64,000 bases of DNA. Source: an uncultured Chloroflexia bacterium (GTDB lineage: Bacteria > Chloroflexota > Limnocylindria > Limnocylindrales > CSP1-4). The translations under genes were made by a program, and so were the position numbers. The first letter of the stretch is position 1, and every line of letters starts with the position of its first letter. Positions 28,578 through 39,183 of this stretch are shown here, piece by piece. The notes beneath the pieces are model-generated. The model made no database searches and had not been told where the DNA came from. It saw only the letters and a program-made list of their open reading frames with translations. Where the stretch lies: positions 864,001 through 928,000 of the forward strand of contig CAWEYL010000001.1 in assembly GCA_963813335.1 (NCBI GenBank), given 5' to 3'.

Positions 28578-30096
28578 GTGACCGAGACGCTCATCCCGCC
28601 GATCGAGGAATTGCTCGCCGACCTCGACCGTCTCGATCTCCGAACGAGGATGTTCATCGACGGTGCGTTCCGCGATGCGGCCGATGGCGAGCGGTTCGTC
28701 ACCGAGAACCCGGCCACCGGCCGCCCGATCACCGAGGTCGCCGAGGGCGGCCCGGCCGACGTGGATCTCGCGGTCGCCGCAGCCCGTCACGCCGCCGACG
28801 ACGGTCGCTGGTCGCGCCTGGACCCGGGCGCCCGCAAGCGGATCCTGATCGCGTGGGCGGATCTGATCGAGACGCATGCGCGCGAGCTGGGCTTGATCGA
28901 GACCATCGATGCCGGCAAGCCCATCACGGACACGGTCGGCCTCGACATGCCGGAGACGGCCGCCTGCATCCGCTGGCACGCCGAGGCGGCCGACAAGCTG
29001 TACGGGCAGGTCGCGCCGTCGCCCGAAGGGACCGTCGCCACCATCACCCGCGAGCCGTGCGGTGTCGTCGGGGCGGTCATCCCCTGGAACTACCCCGCGC
29101 AGATGGCCGCGTGGAAGCTCGGCCCGGCCCTCGCGACCGGGAACACGGTCGTGATCAAGCCCGCCTCCACGACATCGCTCAGCCTGCTGCGCATCGTGGA
29201 GCTCGGCAGCGAGGCCGGCCTGCCCGACGGGGTCGTCAACGTCGTGACCGGCCCGGGCGGCGTGGTCGGCGAGGCGATCGGCCGCCACCCCGACATCGAC
29301 TGTGTCGCGTTCACGGGGTCGACGGAGGTGGGTCGCCGCTTCCTCCACTACGCGGCCGATTTCGAACCTCAAGCGCGTCCTCCTCGAGCTTGGCGGCAAG
29401 AGCCCCCAGATCGTCTTCGGCGATGTGTCCGATCTCGGCGCGGTGGCGGCCAACGTGGCGATCGCGATCTTCTGGAACATGGGCGAGAACTGCAGTGCCG
29501 GCTCGCGCCTCATCGTCCATCGCTCACGGAAGGCCGCCCTCCTGGAGGCGATCGAGGCCGAACTCGCCTCGTGGCCGGTGGGCGACCCGCTCGACCCGGC
29601 GACCCGTATCGGCGCGCTCATCTCGAAGGACCAGATGGAGCGGGTCCTCGGCTACATCGACATCGGACGCCAGGAAGGCGCGCGCGTCGTGACCGGCGGC
29701 TCGCGGATCCTCGAGGAGACCGGCGGCTGGTTCGTCCCGCCGACGGTCTTCGACCGCGTCACGAACGACATGCGCATCGCGCGTGAGGAGATCTTCGGTC
29801 CGGTCCTGTCCGTCATCGAGTTCGACACCGAGGCCGAGGCGGTGGCGATCGCGAACGACACGCCCTACGGCCTGGCCGCCTCGCTGTATACGCACGATCT
29901 GGACGTCGCCCATCGCGTCGCCCGCGAGGTGCGGGCGGGCGTGGTCGGCATCAATGCCTATTCGGAAGGGGACATGACGACCCCGTTCGGCGGCTACAAG
30001 CAGTCCGGTTTCGGCGGGCACGACAAGTCCCTTCACGCTCACGACCAGTACACGGAAACCAAGACCACCTGGATCCAGCTCCGGCCGCCGGCCTAG
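28578..30096 (+). CDS. Aldehyde dehydrogenase (PuuC/phenylacetaldehyde-DH-like; frame break near 29362)
   Basis: IPWNYP, FTGSTEVG, LELGGKSP, GENCSAG, EEIFGPV and PFGGYKQSG motifs. Confidence 0.92.
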
Positions 30097-30698
30097 GTCA
30101 CGGACGAGGCGCGGGTGTAGCGGAGCGGCTTGATCGGCCGGCCGGCCGCCGAGTCCTCGAGGAGCGACGCGAAGCGCCGCTCGCGGGTGGCGGCCTGCTT
30201 GGCCCCGGCCAGCCAGCCCAGGACGGTCCGGCGGTACGACGGCGGTCGGCGTTCCCAGTCCGCCCAGGCCGCGGCGTCGGCCCGGAACCGTGCCTCCTCG
30301 TCCGGTGTCAGCGCCCCGGGCGGGCGCTCGTAGGTGTAGACCGCCGTCCTCGCGTCGGTCCGGGCGTCGAACGCGGCGAGGCCGGCGGGCCGCATCCGCC
30401 CCTCCGCGGTCAGTGCCGCGACTTTGGCCACGTTGATCGCGCTCCAGTTGCTCCCCTTGCGCCGCGGCGTGAACCGCTGCGCGTGGGAGTCCTTGTCCAG
30501 GCTGTACCGGACGCTGTCGATCCAGCCGACGCACAGGGCCTCGTCGACGGCGAGGGACCACTCGATGCTCGGCCGGCCGGTCGACTTCTTGTAGCCGCCC
30601 AGCCACAGCTCCGTGGCGGTGTCGGCGTTGGCGTCGAACCAGTCGCGCAACCCCTCGGGCGTCTCGAAGAACCGGACGTCGCGCGGCTCGGGCTTCAC
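30093..30698 (-). CDS. YdeI/OmpD-associated (bacteriocin-protection) family protein
   Basis: AVDEALCVGWIDS, RFTPRR..S.WS..N and AKQ.ATR.RR motifs. Confidence 0.85.
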   Translation of the reverse strand: MKPEPRDVRFFETPEGLRDWFDANADTATELWLGGYKKSTGRPSIEWSLAVDEALCVGWIDSVRYSLDKDSHAQRFTPRRKGSNWSAINVAKVAALTAEGRMRPAGLAAFDARTDARTAVYTYERPPGALTPDEEARFRADAAAWADWERRPPSYRRTVLGWLAGAKQAATRERRFASLLEDSAAGRPIKPLRYTRASSVT

Positions 30699-32179
30699 GG
30701 CGCCTGCTGGGCGACGGCAGCGTGGCGGAGCAGCGCCCAGGCCCGCTCGAGGTGGCGCGGCTCCGTCCGCAGGTTCCCGACCGACACGCGGATCGTGAAC
30801 CGGCCGGCGAGGCGCGTATGCGAGAGGAAGACCTCGCCCGTCCGATTGACGGCATCCATGATCGCGGCGTTCGCGTCGTCGAGCGCCTCGTCCGACCCGC
30901 TCCAGTCGCGCGGGTGCCAGCGGAAGCAGACCGTCGAGAACGGGACGGGCGCCAGCCGCTCCCAGTCCGGGTCGGCGTCGACCTGGGCCGCCAACCACGC
31001 CGCCATCGCGAGGTGCTCGCGGATCCGCCGGCGCAGCCCTTCGAGCCCGAACCAGCGCAGCTGGATCCACAGCTTGAGTGCGCGGAACCGGCGGCCGAGC
31101 TGCGGCGTGTAGTCGGTGTAGTCGCGGACCGGCGCGACCCGGTCGAGCGTGCGCAGGTACTCCGGGTGGAGGCTGAACGCCGCGTGCAGCACGTCCATGC
31201 GGCGCGTGAGCAGCAGCGATGCGTCGAGCGGGGTGAACAGCCACTTGTGCGGGTTCACGACGATGGAATCGGCGCGCTCCCAGCCCGCGAACGGACCGCG
31301 GCACTCCGGCAGCAGGGCGACGGCGCCGGCATAGGCAGAATCGACGTGGAGCCAGAGCCCTTCGGCCTCGGCGATGTCGGCGATCGCGGCGACCGGGTCG
31401 ACCGAGGTGGACGAGGTCGTGCCGACGGTCGCGACGATCGCGATGGGCCGGTGGCCGGCCGCCCGGTCGGCGGTGATCGCGGCGCGGAGCGCATCCGGCT
31501 CGAGCTCGAAACGGGCGTTCGTCGGGATCCGCACCAGCGCGTCCCGCCCGAGGCCGAGCGTCATGCACGCTTTCTCGATCGAGCTGTGCGCCTCGGCCGA
31601 GGCATAGACCCGGAGCGCGGGGAGGTCCGCGCGCCCCGTCAGGCCCTCCTGCGCGGCGTCGATCCCGGCCGCCTGGCGTGCCGCCGCCAACGCGATGAGC
31701 GACGACGTCGAGGCCGTGTCGGTCAGCAGGCCGTCGAAGGCCTCGGGCAGCCCGAAGCCCTGGCGCAGCCAGTCGACGACGACCCCCTCGAGCTCGGTGC
31801 CGATCGGCGAGGTCCGCCACAGCATCGGGTTCTGGCCGAGGGTCGCCGTGAGCATCTCGCCGAGGATCCCGGGCCCGGACGCGGTCGTCGCGAAGTACGC
31901 GAGGAAACCGGGGTGCTGCCACCCGGTGGCGTTCGGCTCGATGAGCCGCTGGTAGTCGGCCAGGATCGCGTCGATGGGCTCGGGGCCCTCCGGCGCGCTC
32001 GCCGGGAACAGCGGCCGCAGCGATCCGGGTTCGATCGACGGGAAGACGTCCCGCGTCTCGATGGTCTCGAGGTAGTCGGCCATGATGTCGACCACGGCGT
32101 GCGCCGCGGCACGGAACTCGGCGGGCGACATGTCGCCGGTCGGCGGGCGGGCGGGGTCGTCGGGTCGCTCGTCGGTCAC
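30695..32179 (-). CDS. Group II PLP-dependent (aromatic-L-amino-acid-type) decarboxylase
   Basis: WQHPGFLAYF, AHSSIEKA, HVDSAYAG, NPHKWL (PLP lysine) and GRRFRALKLW motifs. Confidence 0.92.
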   Translation of the reverse strand: MTDERPDDPARPPTGDMSPAEFRAAAHAVVDIMADYLETIETRDVFPSIEPGSLRPLFPASAPEGPEPIDAILADYQRLIEPNATGWQHPGFLAYFATTASGPGILGEMLTATLGQNPMLWRTSPIGTELEGVVVDWLRQGFGLPEAFDGLLTDTASTSSLIALAAARQAAGIDAAQEGLTGRADLPALRVYASAEAHSSIEKACMTLGLGRDALVRIPTNARFELEPDALRAAITADRAAGHRPIAIVATVGTTSSTSVDPVAAIADIAEAEGLWLHVDSAYAGAVALLPECRGPFAGWERADSIVVNPHKWLFTPLDASLLLTRRMDVLHAAFSLHPEYLRTLDRVAPVRDYTDYTPQLGRRFRALKLWIQLRWFGLEGLRRRIREHLAMAAWLAAQVDADPDWERLAPVPFSTVCFRWHPRDWSGSDEALDDANAAIMDAVNRTGEVFLSHTRLAGRFTIRVSVGNLRTEPRHLERAWALLRHAAVAQQAP

Positions 32180-32206
32180 GCGCCCGAGTGTACCGAGCGG
32201 CGTCCT

Positions 32207-33133
32207 CTAGATGGAGTCGCCGACCCGCGAGAGGATGTCGATGACCGGCGCCGCCGAGGAAGATAGGCCGACGATCCCGATGATGAAGAAGACCAGGATC
32301 AGCCCGATGATGACGGCGCAGGCCATCGCAAGCCCGCGCGACCCGGCGCCGGCGGGGCGGACGAGCGCGGAATTCGCGAACTTGTCGTGGAGTCCCTGTT
32401 TCGTCGGGCTCAACGCGGTCGAGACCAGCAGCGCCAGCCACCACAGCAATTGGACACCGCCCAGCCAGGTCTGGTTCGGGGGCAGGACCAGCTCGAACAC
32501 CGAGAGGAACAGGCCGAGCCCCACCCAGCGCTTGACCGCCTGCTCGGTCGAGAGCGGCTGCCCGTCGAAGGCGTTGCCGACCTGGATCCCGAAGATGCGC
32601 TGGCCGATCGTCGCGCGACGGCCGCCGGACCAGCAGAACACGAAGTAGGCGAGGCTCAGGACCACGATCGGCACGGTGAACGCAGCCCCCGAGACACGAT
32701 AGGCGTAGTCGAACCGGCCTGTGGTGATCGTCGCCGTGGCCTCCCCGAGACCGATGATCGAGGCGATGATCCCCGCCACGATGCCGATGAGGATGAGGTC
32801 GACCACGTAGGCGATGAACCGCGAGACCGTGTCGGCGAAGGCGAGGCCCGGCGCGACCTCGCGCGGCGGGGGCGGGGGTGCCCAGCCGACCGTCGCCCCG
32901 GTCGACGGCGGTGGCGGAGGCGTGCCCGCGGCCGGCGGCTCGGCCGGGGCGCCCCAGCCGACGGGTCCGGCCGGGGGCGGCGGCGCGGTCCATCCGACGG
33001 GCGCCGCCGAGATCAGGCCGGGCTGGGCCGGCGGCGCGGGCGTGACGGTGGTCGGATCGGTCGGGGCGACCGGTGGCGTCGGATCCGATGGTGTCGCTGG
33101 CGGCGCGGGCTGGTCCGGCGTTCCCTCGGTCAT
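32207..33133 (-). CDS. RDD-family membrane protein with Pro-rich N-terminus
   Basis: RFIAYVVD, T.G.R..GI.V and QGLHDK motifs. Confidence 0.85.
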   Translation of the reverse strand: MTEGTPDQPAPPATPSDPTPPVAPTDPTTVTPAPPAQPGLISAAPVGWTAPPPPAGPVGWGAPAEPPAAGTPPPPPSTGATVGWAPPPPPREVAPGLAFADTVSRFIAYVVDLILIGIVAGIIASIIGLGEATATITTGRFDYAYRVSGAAFTVPIVVLSLAYFVFCWSGGRRATIGQRIFGIQVGNAFDGQPLSTEQAVKRWVGLGLFLSVFELVLPPNQTWLGGVQLLWWLALLVSTALSPTKQGLHDKFANSALVRPAGAGSRGLAMACAVIIGLILVFFIIGIVGLSSSAAPVIDILSRVGDSI

Positions 33134-33240
33134 GCGCGCATCCTACGCGACTTGTCACGCCCGCGAGGACCCGTTCGCCGAGCGTGCCCATGACGTTCGG
33201 GTGACGGACGAGCCGGCCCGGCCGCGGGCACGCTGCCGCC

Positions 33241-33444
33241 ATGCGAGATCGCGGCTTCTGCAACCAGTGCGGCACCGTCTACGAGCCTGGTGACGCCTTC
33301 TGCACCCGGTGCTCCAGCCCGCTGTCAGACGTCGCCACCCATCGGCGTCTCGGGCGTGCCGAGATGGCCTGGCTGGTCACGATGGCGATCCTGTGCGTCT
33401 TCGCCGTCGCCTATGTCGGGCTGATGGAGCACGGCCGGATCTAG
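33241..33444 (+). CDS. Small double zinc-ribbon + TM protein
   Basis: FCNQCG....GDAFCTRC followed by a hydrophobic helix. Confidence 0.55.
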   Translation: MRDRGFCNQCGTVYEPGDAFCTRCSSPLSDVATHRRLGRAEMAWLVTMAILCVFAVAYVGLMEHGRI

Positions 33445-33459
33445 TGGGTCGTCCCGGTG

Positions 33460-34290
33460 CTATCCGGGCTGCGCGGCCCGCCGCCGGATCGCCAGCACGG
33501 CACCGGCGAGCGACACGATCGCCAGGAACGCGGCCGGTCCGGTGTCCGACCCTGACACGGGCGTCGGGCCGGTCAGCGCATCGGTCGGCGGCGGCGTCGG
33601 AGCCGGGGCGGGCGGCTCGGTCGGCCCCGGGGCAGGCGGCTGGGTCGGCCCGGGGTCGACCGGCGGGGGCGGCGAGGTCAGCACGAACGACACGGCATCG
33701 ATGAGATTGCCCACGGAGTCGTTCCCCGTGGCCGTGCTGACCGCACGGAACGCGAAGCGCGTGCATGTCTGGCCGGCAGGCACGACGTAGTCCGCGGTGT
33801 GGGTGCCCCAGGCGCCGACGCCATCGGTCAGAGGCCCGGAGTCGAAGTCCCACCCGGTCGTCCCGGTGACGTCGGCGGCGTTGGCGTCGCCGATGAGGAC
33901 CTGCATGACGTCGTCGCCTTCCCGGCCATGATGGGCCAACGACCATGTCATGGTGGCGCCGGGCGTGCTGACCACGTCCTGGTAGAGCGTGCCGGCCGAA
34001 TTGGCGTTCAGTTCGGCGAACGCGTTGCCATCATTCGCCGGCACCCCGAGGAAGCCATCGCCCCAGATCTCGATCTGCCCGAGCGTGTCCGTGGTCTGCC
34101 ACGGCGGCACCAACGCCGCCAGGAGCAGGGAGTAGGTGTTCGCCGTGACGACGGGTGTCTCGAAGGACCCGTTGCCGAGCGAATCGGACGAGCCGTCGCA
34201 GACTGCCGCCATCGCGGACCCGGCGCCGGCCAGCCAGCCGAATGCCAGGACAAACGGAAGAGAAAGGGCGCACACACGCTTATCGCGCAT
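33460..34290 (-). CDS. Secreted surface protein with galactose-binding-like domain and C-terminal anchor
   Basis: Signal peptide; NGSFETP...FAELNA...LYQD...GNLID; Pro-rich linker; PPPTD, TM helix, RRR tail. Confidence 0.75.
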   Translation of the reverse strand: MRDKRVCALSLPFVLAFGWLAGAGSAMAAVCDGSSDSLGNGSFETPVVTANTYSLLLAALVPPWQTTDTLGQIEIWGDGFLGVPANDGNAFAELNANSAGTLYQDVVSTPGATMTWSLAHHGREGDDVMQVLIGDANAADVTGTTGWDFDSGPLTDGVGAWGTHTADYVVPAGQTCTRFAFRAVSTATGNDSVGNLIDAVSFVLTSPPPPVDPGPTQPPAPGPTEPPAPAPTPPPTDALTGPTPVSGSDTGPAAFLAIVSLAGAVLAIRRRAAQPG

Positions 34291-34415
34291 CGCGGTCACG
34301 CTCCTTGAGGCCCCCCGTCGGCCCCCAGCGCTCGAATGATGACATAGGGCGCAGGCCGGATCGGGCCGTCCCGGCACCTCGACGCGGCTCGATCGGCCGG
34401 TTCCGGCGCCGATGG

Positions 34416-34917
34416 TCAGCCGGCCGGCACCGCCGTGAGCGCCTCCGCGATCGAGGTCGCCCACTCGCGGATCGCCGCCCAGTCGCGATGGTCCCCGTAC
34501 GGGTTCTTGACCATCCGAAGGACGGTGCGCTCGGTGAAGCCGAGCGTGACCTTGTCCGCCTTGCCCGCGAACACCCGGTGGTCGCGGGCTCCGACGAGCG
34601 CGAGGAGCTTCATCCCCTCCGCGGCGTCGGCCGGGTCGGCGATGTCGCGTCCCATCGGTCCGCTCGAGAACAGCCACACCGGTCGCGTTCGCAAGCGCAT
34701 CCGCGGAGCGGTTCACCAGCTCGCGAGCCGGACCCATCCAGCGACCCATGTGGAGCGCGCTGCCGACGATGACGGCGTCGTAGTGGTCGACGGCCCCGAC
34801 ATCCTGGGCGTCGGCGACCTCGACCTCGATCCCCGCGTCACGGATGGTCGCGCCGATCGACTCGGCGATCTCGCGGGTACTGCCGTGCTTCGAGGACACG
34901 GCGATCAGCAGCGTCAC
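34416..34917 (-). CDS. Flavodoxin-domain protein (HemG-like; frame break near 34690)
   Basis: SKHGSTREIAE, YDAVIVGS, PVWLFSSGP and GD.RDW.AI.EW motifs. Confidence 0.85.
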
Positions 34918-34935
34918 GGCGCTCTCTCCTCTCGG

Positions 34936-35484
34936 CTACGCGACCGGCACGCGAGCGCGGGCGAGCGCCGGGTCGCGCATCGCCATGAGCGACACGCCGA
35001 TGCCGTACGTCAGGAACCGCCCCTCTGGCTCGAGCTCGATGATGACGCTCGTCTCCTTGCGATCCTCGGGGACAAGCTTGGCGAGCTCCTTCGACACCGA
35101 CCGCACGTCGAGCGAGCCCGCCGGGTGGACGGTCGCCGTCGCCCGGAACGTGATCGTGGCGGGCGGGATGGGCACCAGCAGCGACAGGAGGCCGCCGCGT
35201 CGGACGGGCACGGTGACGGAGACCTCCTGACCGGTCTCGATCTGGCGTGCCTTCCAGCCGTCCGTGGCGACCGCCAGGTACAGCCGACGATCGACGACCC
35301 CGTACACGACCCCGCTGGAGCGCGGCTCGCCGGCCGCGTTGACGTGGCTGACGACCGCGAACGAGGCGTGCGCCAGTGCCTCCCAGACCGCCTCACGGCT
35401 CAGATAGACCCGGTCGGTCCCAGCCTTGCTCGCCGCCTTGCCGGACGTGTGCGCCGGCCGCACGGTCATGCCCTTGGTGTCCAT
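34936..35484 (-). CDS. Pyridoxamine 5'-phosphate oxidase-like split-barrel protein
   Basis: FAVVSHV...GEPRSSGVVY and K.R.I......VSV pattern. Confidence 0.7.
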   Translation of the reverse strand: MDTKGMTVRPAHTSGKAASKAGTDRVYLSREAVWEALAHASFAVVSHVNAAGEPRSSGVVYGVVDRRLYLAVATDGWKARQIETGQEVSVTVPVRRGGLLSLLVPIPPATITFRATATVHPAGSLDVRSVSKELAKLVPEDRKETSVIIELEPEGRFLTYGIGVSLMAMRDPALARARVPVA

Positions 35485-35810
35485 CGGCGTCTCGCCTCCC
35501 GTCCGGGCCAGCGTGGCCAGATGGTGCCGGCGCCGCCAGAGGCATCGGTCATGAAGTCAAGGGAGCCGCTTGACGACCCGTTGCTCGGGTCGATCTCCGG
35601 TGGACCCGGTACTGCGTCAGCCTGCCGCCGCTGTCGATGAGGCTCTACGCCTCTCGAGCACCGGGACCATCGACCCATGGAACACACATGAACCCAGCGC
35701 GAGGCTGGTGCTTCAACTGCGATACGCCAACCGCCCTTCGGCAGACCGGGTGGCGGTCATCTTGGGCTTGGGAGCTGCAGTGGCTCCCGACCCTCAAAGG
35801 AGGTCGCCTG

Positions 35811-36617
35811 ATGCGATCCCGTTTCGTCGCCCTGGCCACCTGCGTGCTGGTCGTGGCTGCCTGCGGCGCCACGGCTCAGCCCTCGGTTTCGACACCTGAG
35901 GCGTCCGAAGCAGCCGGAGCGACCGAGCAGCCAATCGTCGAGTCCGCCAGTCCGACGGCCTCTCAGTCAGCGTCGCTCAGCCCGAGCCCGTCTTCCGAAG
36001 CTACGCCTGAGGCCACTCCCGAGGCCACTCCGGTCGTCACGCCCGTCCCCGCGGCGAAGCCGATCGTCCTGAAAGGCTCGGGAACGCGGAAGACGAAGCC
36101 CTTCGTCATGGTCAGCCCGGCGACAGTCGACCTCGCATACAGCGGCTCGGGCAACTTCATCAGTCACATCGTCCCGGTGGGTGGCGGCGTCTTTGACGGC
36201 GTGAGCCTCTCGAACACCATCGGCAAGACGAAGCTGAAGACCTACGTGTACGACGGCGATATCGACCAGGTCCGGTCATATGCGGACGTCCTCGCCGGAG
36301 GCGGCTCGTGGACGATCACGATCACGGCCGGCGTCCCCAGCCCGCTCCAGGCACCGGCCTCATTCAGCGGCAAGTGGGGCCTGAACACGCGCCTCGTCCA
36401 CCTGTCCGGCGACTACACGGTGACCTTCAGCCACGCCGGCAGCGGGAACTTCATCGTGCACTTGACCCCGCCCGGCGGGTCGGTCTTCGACGGCGAGTCG
36501 GTGGCCAACGAGATCGGCAAGGTGAAGAGCTCGACCGAGGTGTACGGCCTCGATGGCGACTACTTCTTCGATGTCACGGCGGATGGCGCCTGGACGATCT
36601 CGATCAAGCCGCAGTAG
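35811..36617 (+). CDS. Lipoprotein with two repeated beta-sandwich domains
   Basis: AAAGGAGG RBS; lipobox VAAC; S/P/T linker; duplicated SG.G...T...GSGNFI.H...GG.VFDG.S..N.IGK...WTI unit. Confidence 0.75.
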   Translation: MRSRFVALATCVLVVAACGATAQPSVSTPEASEAAGATEQPIVESASPTASQSASLSPSPSSEATPEATPEATPVVTPVPAAKPIVLKGSGTRKTKPFVMVSPATVDLAYSGSGNFISHIVPVGGGVFDGVSLSNTIGKTKLKTYVYDGDIDQVRSYADVLAGGGSWTITITAGVPSPLQAPASFSGKWGLNTRLVHLSGDYTVTFSHAGSGNFIVHLTPPGGSVFDGESVANEIGKVKSSTEVYGLDGDYFFDVTADGAWTISIKPQ

Positions 36618-36633
36618 TACCCAAGGCGACAGT

Positions 36634-36664
36634 GAGGCCCCGGCGGACGACCGCTCGGGGCCTC
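36634..36664. terminator. GC-rich hairpin beside the att fragment
   Basis: GAGGCCCCG / CGGGGCCTC inverted repeat; no clear U-tract. Confidence 0.45.
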
Positions 36665-36675
36665 GGTGTGTATCA

Positions 36676-36725
36676 GGAGATGGTCGGGGCGGCCGGATTT
36701 GAACCGACGACCACCAGTCCCCCAG
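36676..36725. repeat. att direct repeat (3' half of tRNA-Pro)
   Basis: 50 bp matching 42233-42282 with one mismatch (GATTTGAA vs GATTCGAA). Confidence 0.93.
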
Positions 36726-36914
36726 GCTTGCCAGTAGGGTCCGCCAAGGTCCGCTGACGCCGGTTTCGTGCGTGGATTGGCCAGATGCGGGCCTTCGCAA
36801 ACCGTCGACGTTCGCCCCTATTGCTACCAGCGTTGCCACCAGACCGGACAATCGCAATACAGTCCCGTTCTATGCTGTCGTCTGACTTAGGGATCGTCCT
36901 AGGAGCGCCGCCTG

Positions 36915-37780
36915 ATGACTGACCGAGAAATCTCTGTGGTGCTCGATGGCCCGCGAACCGAGAATCATCGGGTACCCCTTGATGACTACCTTCGGATCGG
37001 GCAGCACCTCCAAATCGCGATCAAACGCGCGGGCCTCGCGGCCATCGGCGACCGAGAACGTCTCCTCGGCCGGTTGCCAAAGGACGTCGAACAGGTGTGT
37101 TCGCTCGAAGTCGGGCTGCCAGCGGCGGGCTCGTTCTCTGCAACCTTCTACCTTCCGGAGCCACCCGCCTCATTGCAGACTGTTCGGGGACATCGGAGCG
37201 ATTGCGGCCAAGCAGGTGATCGATGGCGTTCAGTCGCTCGTGATTGGCGAGGGCTGGCCGAGCAACTTGGGCCAGGACGTTCGCGCGGAGGTCGCCGAGA
37301 TTGCCAGGGTGCTCGACCACGGCATCACCAGCCTTTCGATCTCGACGAGTGATGCGAAGGCGCTCGTCACCACTGAGAGCCGGCCTCGACTAGCACTCGG
37401 GCCTCGCGAGATCGCCAACGCCGAAGCGGTCATTGTCGGCAGGCTCATGGAGACCGACTACCACGACCTGACGTTGGAAATCCATCCGGCAGCAGGGCCC
37501 GTGGTAAAGGCTCACTACAGCGACGAAATCGAACGCGACGTAAGGGAACACGCAAAGAACCTCGTCTCCGCTAGCGGTTGGGCGAAGCGCGACTCTGCCG
37601 GCCGAAATCACCCACTTTGACGTGCGAACCCTCATGCCGGTCCGGCCAGCTCCCGGCGCGCGGCAGGAGCGAAACGCCCCCCCCTTCGCGTCATCCACGA
37701 TGTCGACGCAGCGTTCTCGGGGTACCCGGATGCCCGAGACGAGGACGAAATCCTGGCGGTCCTAGCAGAAATCCAGGTAA
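36915..37780 (+). CDS. Hypothetical protein upstream of the PIN gene (several frame breaks; probably one gene)
   Basis: AGGAG RBS; track ORFs 36915-37352 and 36946-37620 join, and reading continues in shifted frames to DEDEILAVLAEI; TAATG junction with the PIN gene. Confidence 0.6.
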
Positions 37781-38220
37781 TGGCAGACGACCCTTCTCGC
37801 CTGGTCATCGATACGAACATTGCGATCTTCCTGACCAAAGGCTCGGACAACGGCCGACGAGCCCGTCTCGCCGTCGAGTCGTACGCCATCTCTGTCAGCT
37901 TCTACACGGCCGCTGAGCTATTCCTGACCGCGAAGAAAGCAGCCGACCCGGAAGCGACACGAGACTATTGGGCGGAACGGTTTGACGACGGGCGCATCTC
38001 CGTCCTCTGGCCGGATCTCGACATGTGCCAGACCTGGGCCGATGTCTATGCCGAGTGCAAGGACGCCAAGTACAACCCGTCCTTGTCCGATCTGTGGGTC
38101 GCTGTTACGGGAATCCACCGACGGTCTCCCGGTCTTAACTCACAACGTCAAGCACTTCGAACACTTCGAACGCCTTGACCTGCGAACTCTCGGGCCATTG
38201 CCGAAGCAGCGGACTCCTAG
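37780..38220 (+). CDS. PIN-domain (VapC-like) ribonuclease (frame break near 38118; end approximate)
   Basis: LVIDTNI, AEL, SDLWVAVTG and LPVLTHNVKHF PIN motifs. Confidence 0.8.
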
Positions 38221-38484
38221 GCGGGCGCTCGGTCGCTACGGCGCCCGCGAGCTCCTGGCGACAGCGGATCAGGGACGGACCAGTCCTCGGCCAACACCTC
38301 GGCGAGCAGGACGCCGCATTCGGCCGCAGAGCGAAACCGAGCCGGCTGGCGACGATATGAACGGTAGGCCCCGGCGCCGACGTTCGGACGGGCGCGATAG
38401 ACCTCGACGTCAGGCATTGGAACTCACCTTACGGCGGACGTCCCCGATCAATGACGCCTGGAAGCCAAAGGAGCGTCTGGGTCG

Positions 38485-38848
38485 TCAGGGATTTTGACGG
38501 GTTTGGGCCGCGGGCGGGTCGAACTCCTGGCCGCAGTGGCGGCAGACGAGCGCCGGCGGACTTGATGCGCTCGGCGCAACGCGGGCAGACCTGCGACGAG
38601 CCCCGCCGGTTCGCGATGAACCGCCAGGTCATGTAGATCGCGAGTGGGTAGACCACGATCGTGCAGACGGCGACGACCCAGACCACGATCAGGCTCGTCA
38701 CGCTCGGTTCGGTGGATGGACCACGTCGCGCTGCCCGGCGCCCGGACGGCCGAACACGTACCGCAGGATCATGCTGATGCCGATGACGCCCGCGGGAATC
38801 CCGACGAACGGGATGAGGGTCAGAAGCGCAGCAGACCGCGATGCCCAC
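38485..38848 (-). CDS. Small membrane protein with C-terminal zinc ribbon (frame breaks)
   Basis: Hydrophobic segments, then CPRCAERIK.A..VCRHCG.EF across a frame shift. Confidence 0.5.
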
Positions 38849-39183
38849 GAAGCTCGGATATTCGATTCGCTCGGCAGGGGGCGTCAGGGTCAACGGGCAG
38901 GGGCCGAAGGGTGGCCCACGGCTCGGGGGTTGGCTCTGACGACATCCAGCGGTCCCCTGCATCGAGTCGTCGAGTCCCAGGCTGAGAGCCCGACAATCAC
39001 TCTCGGACGATGGCCCAGCCCTATGGGTGCCGAAACTAACCGAAGGTACTGCCACACAGCGAAGCCCAGGTCGCTCCGGCTCGGCTGGCCGCTTGCGCGG
39101 GATCGCCGTCCGGACGCGGACCCGGGGTGGAGTAAGGGTACCCGCCGGTCGTTATCCGCCGGTTGCGCGTTGGGCCGCGCGAC

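Noticed and set aside
33460-34917. Flavodoxin fused to a secreted protein (485-aa ORF)
   Set aside because: The flavodoxin C-terminal half ends at 34416 in another frame, and the second gene has its own AAGGAG RBS and signal peptide.
36676-36725. Second tRNA-Pro gene
   Set aside because: Only the 3' half is present; the D-arm and 5' acceptor strand are missing, so it is an att fragment.
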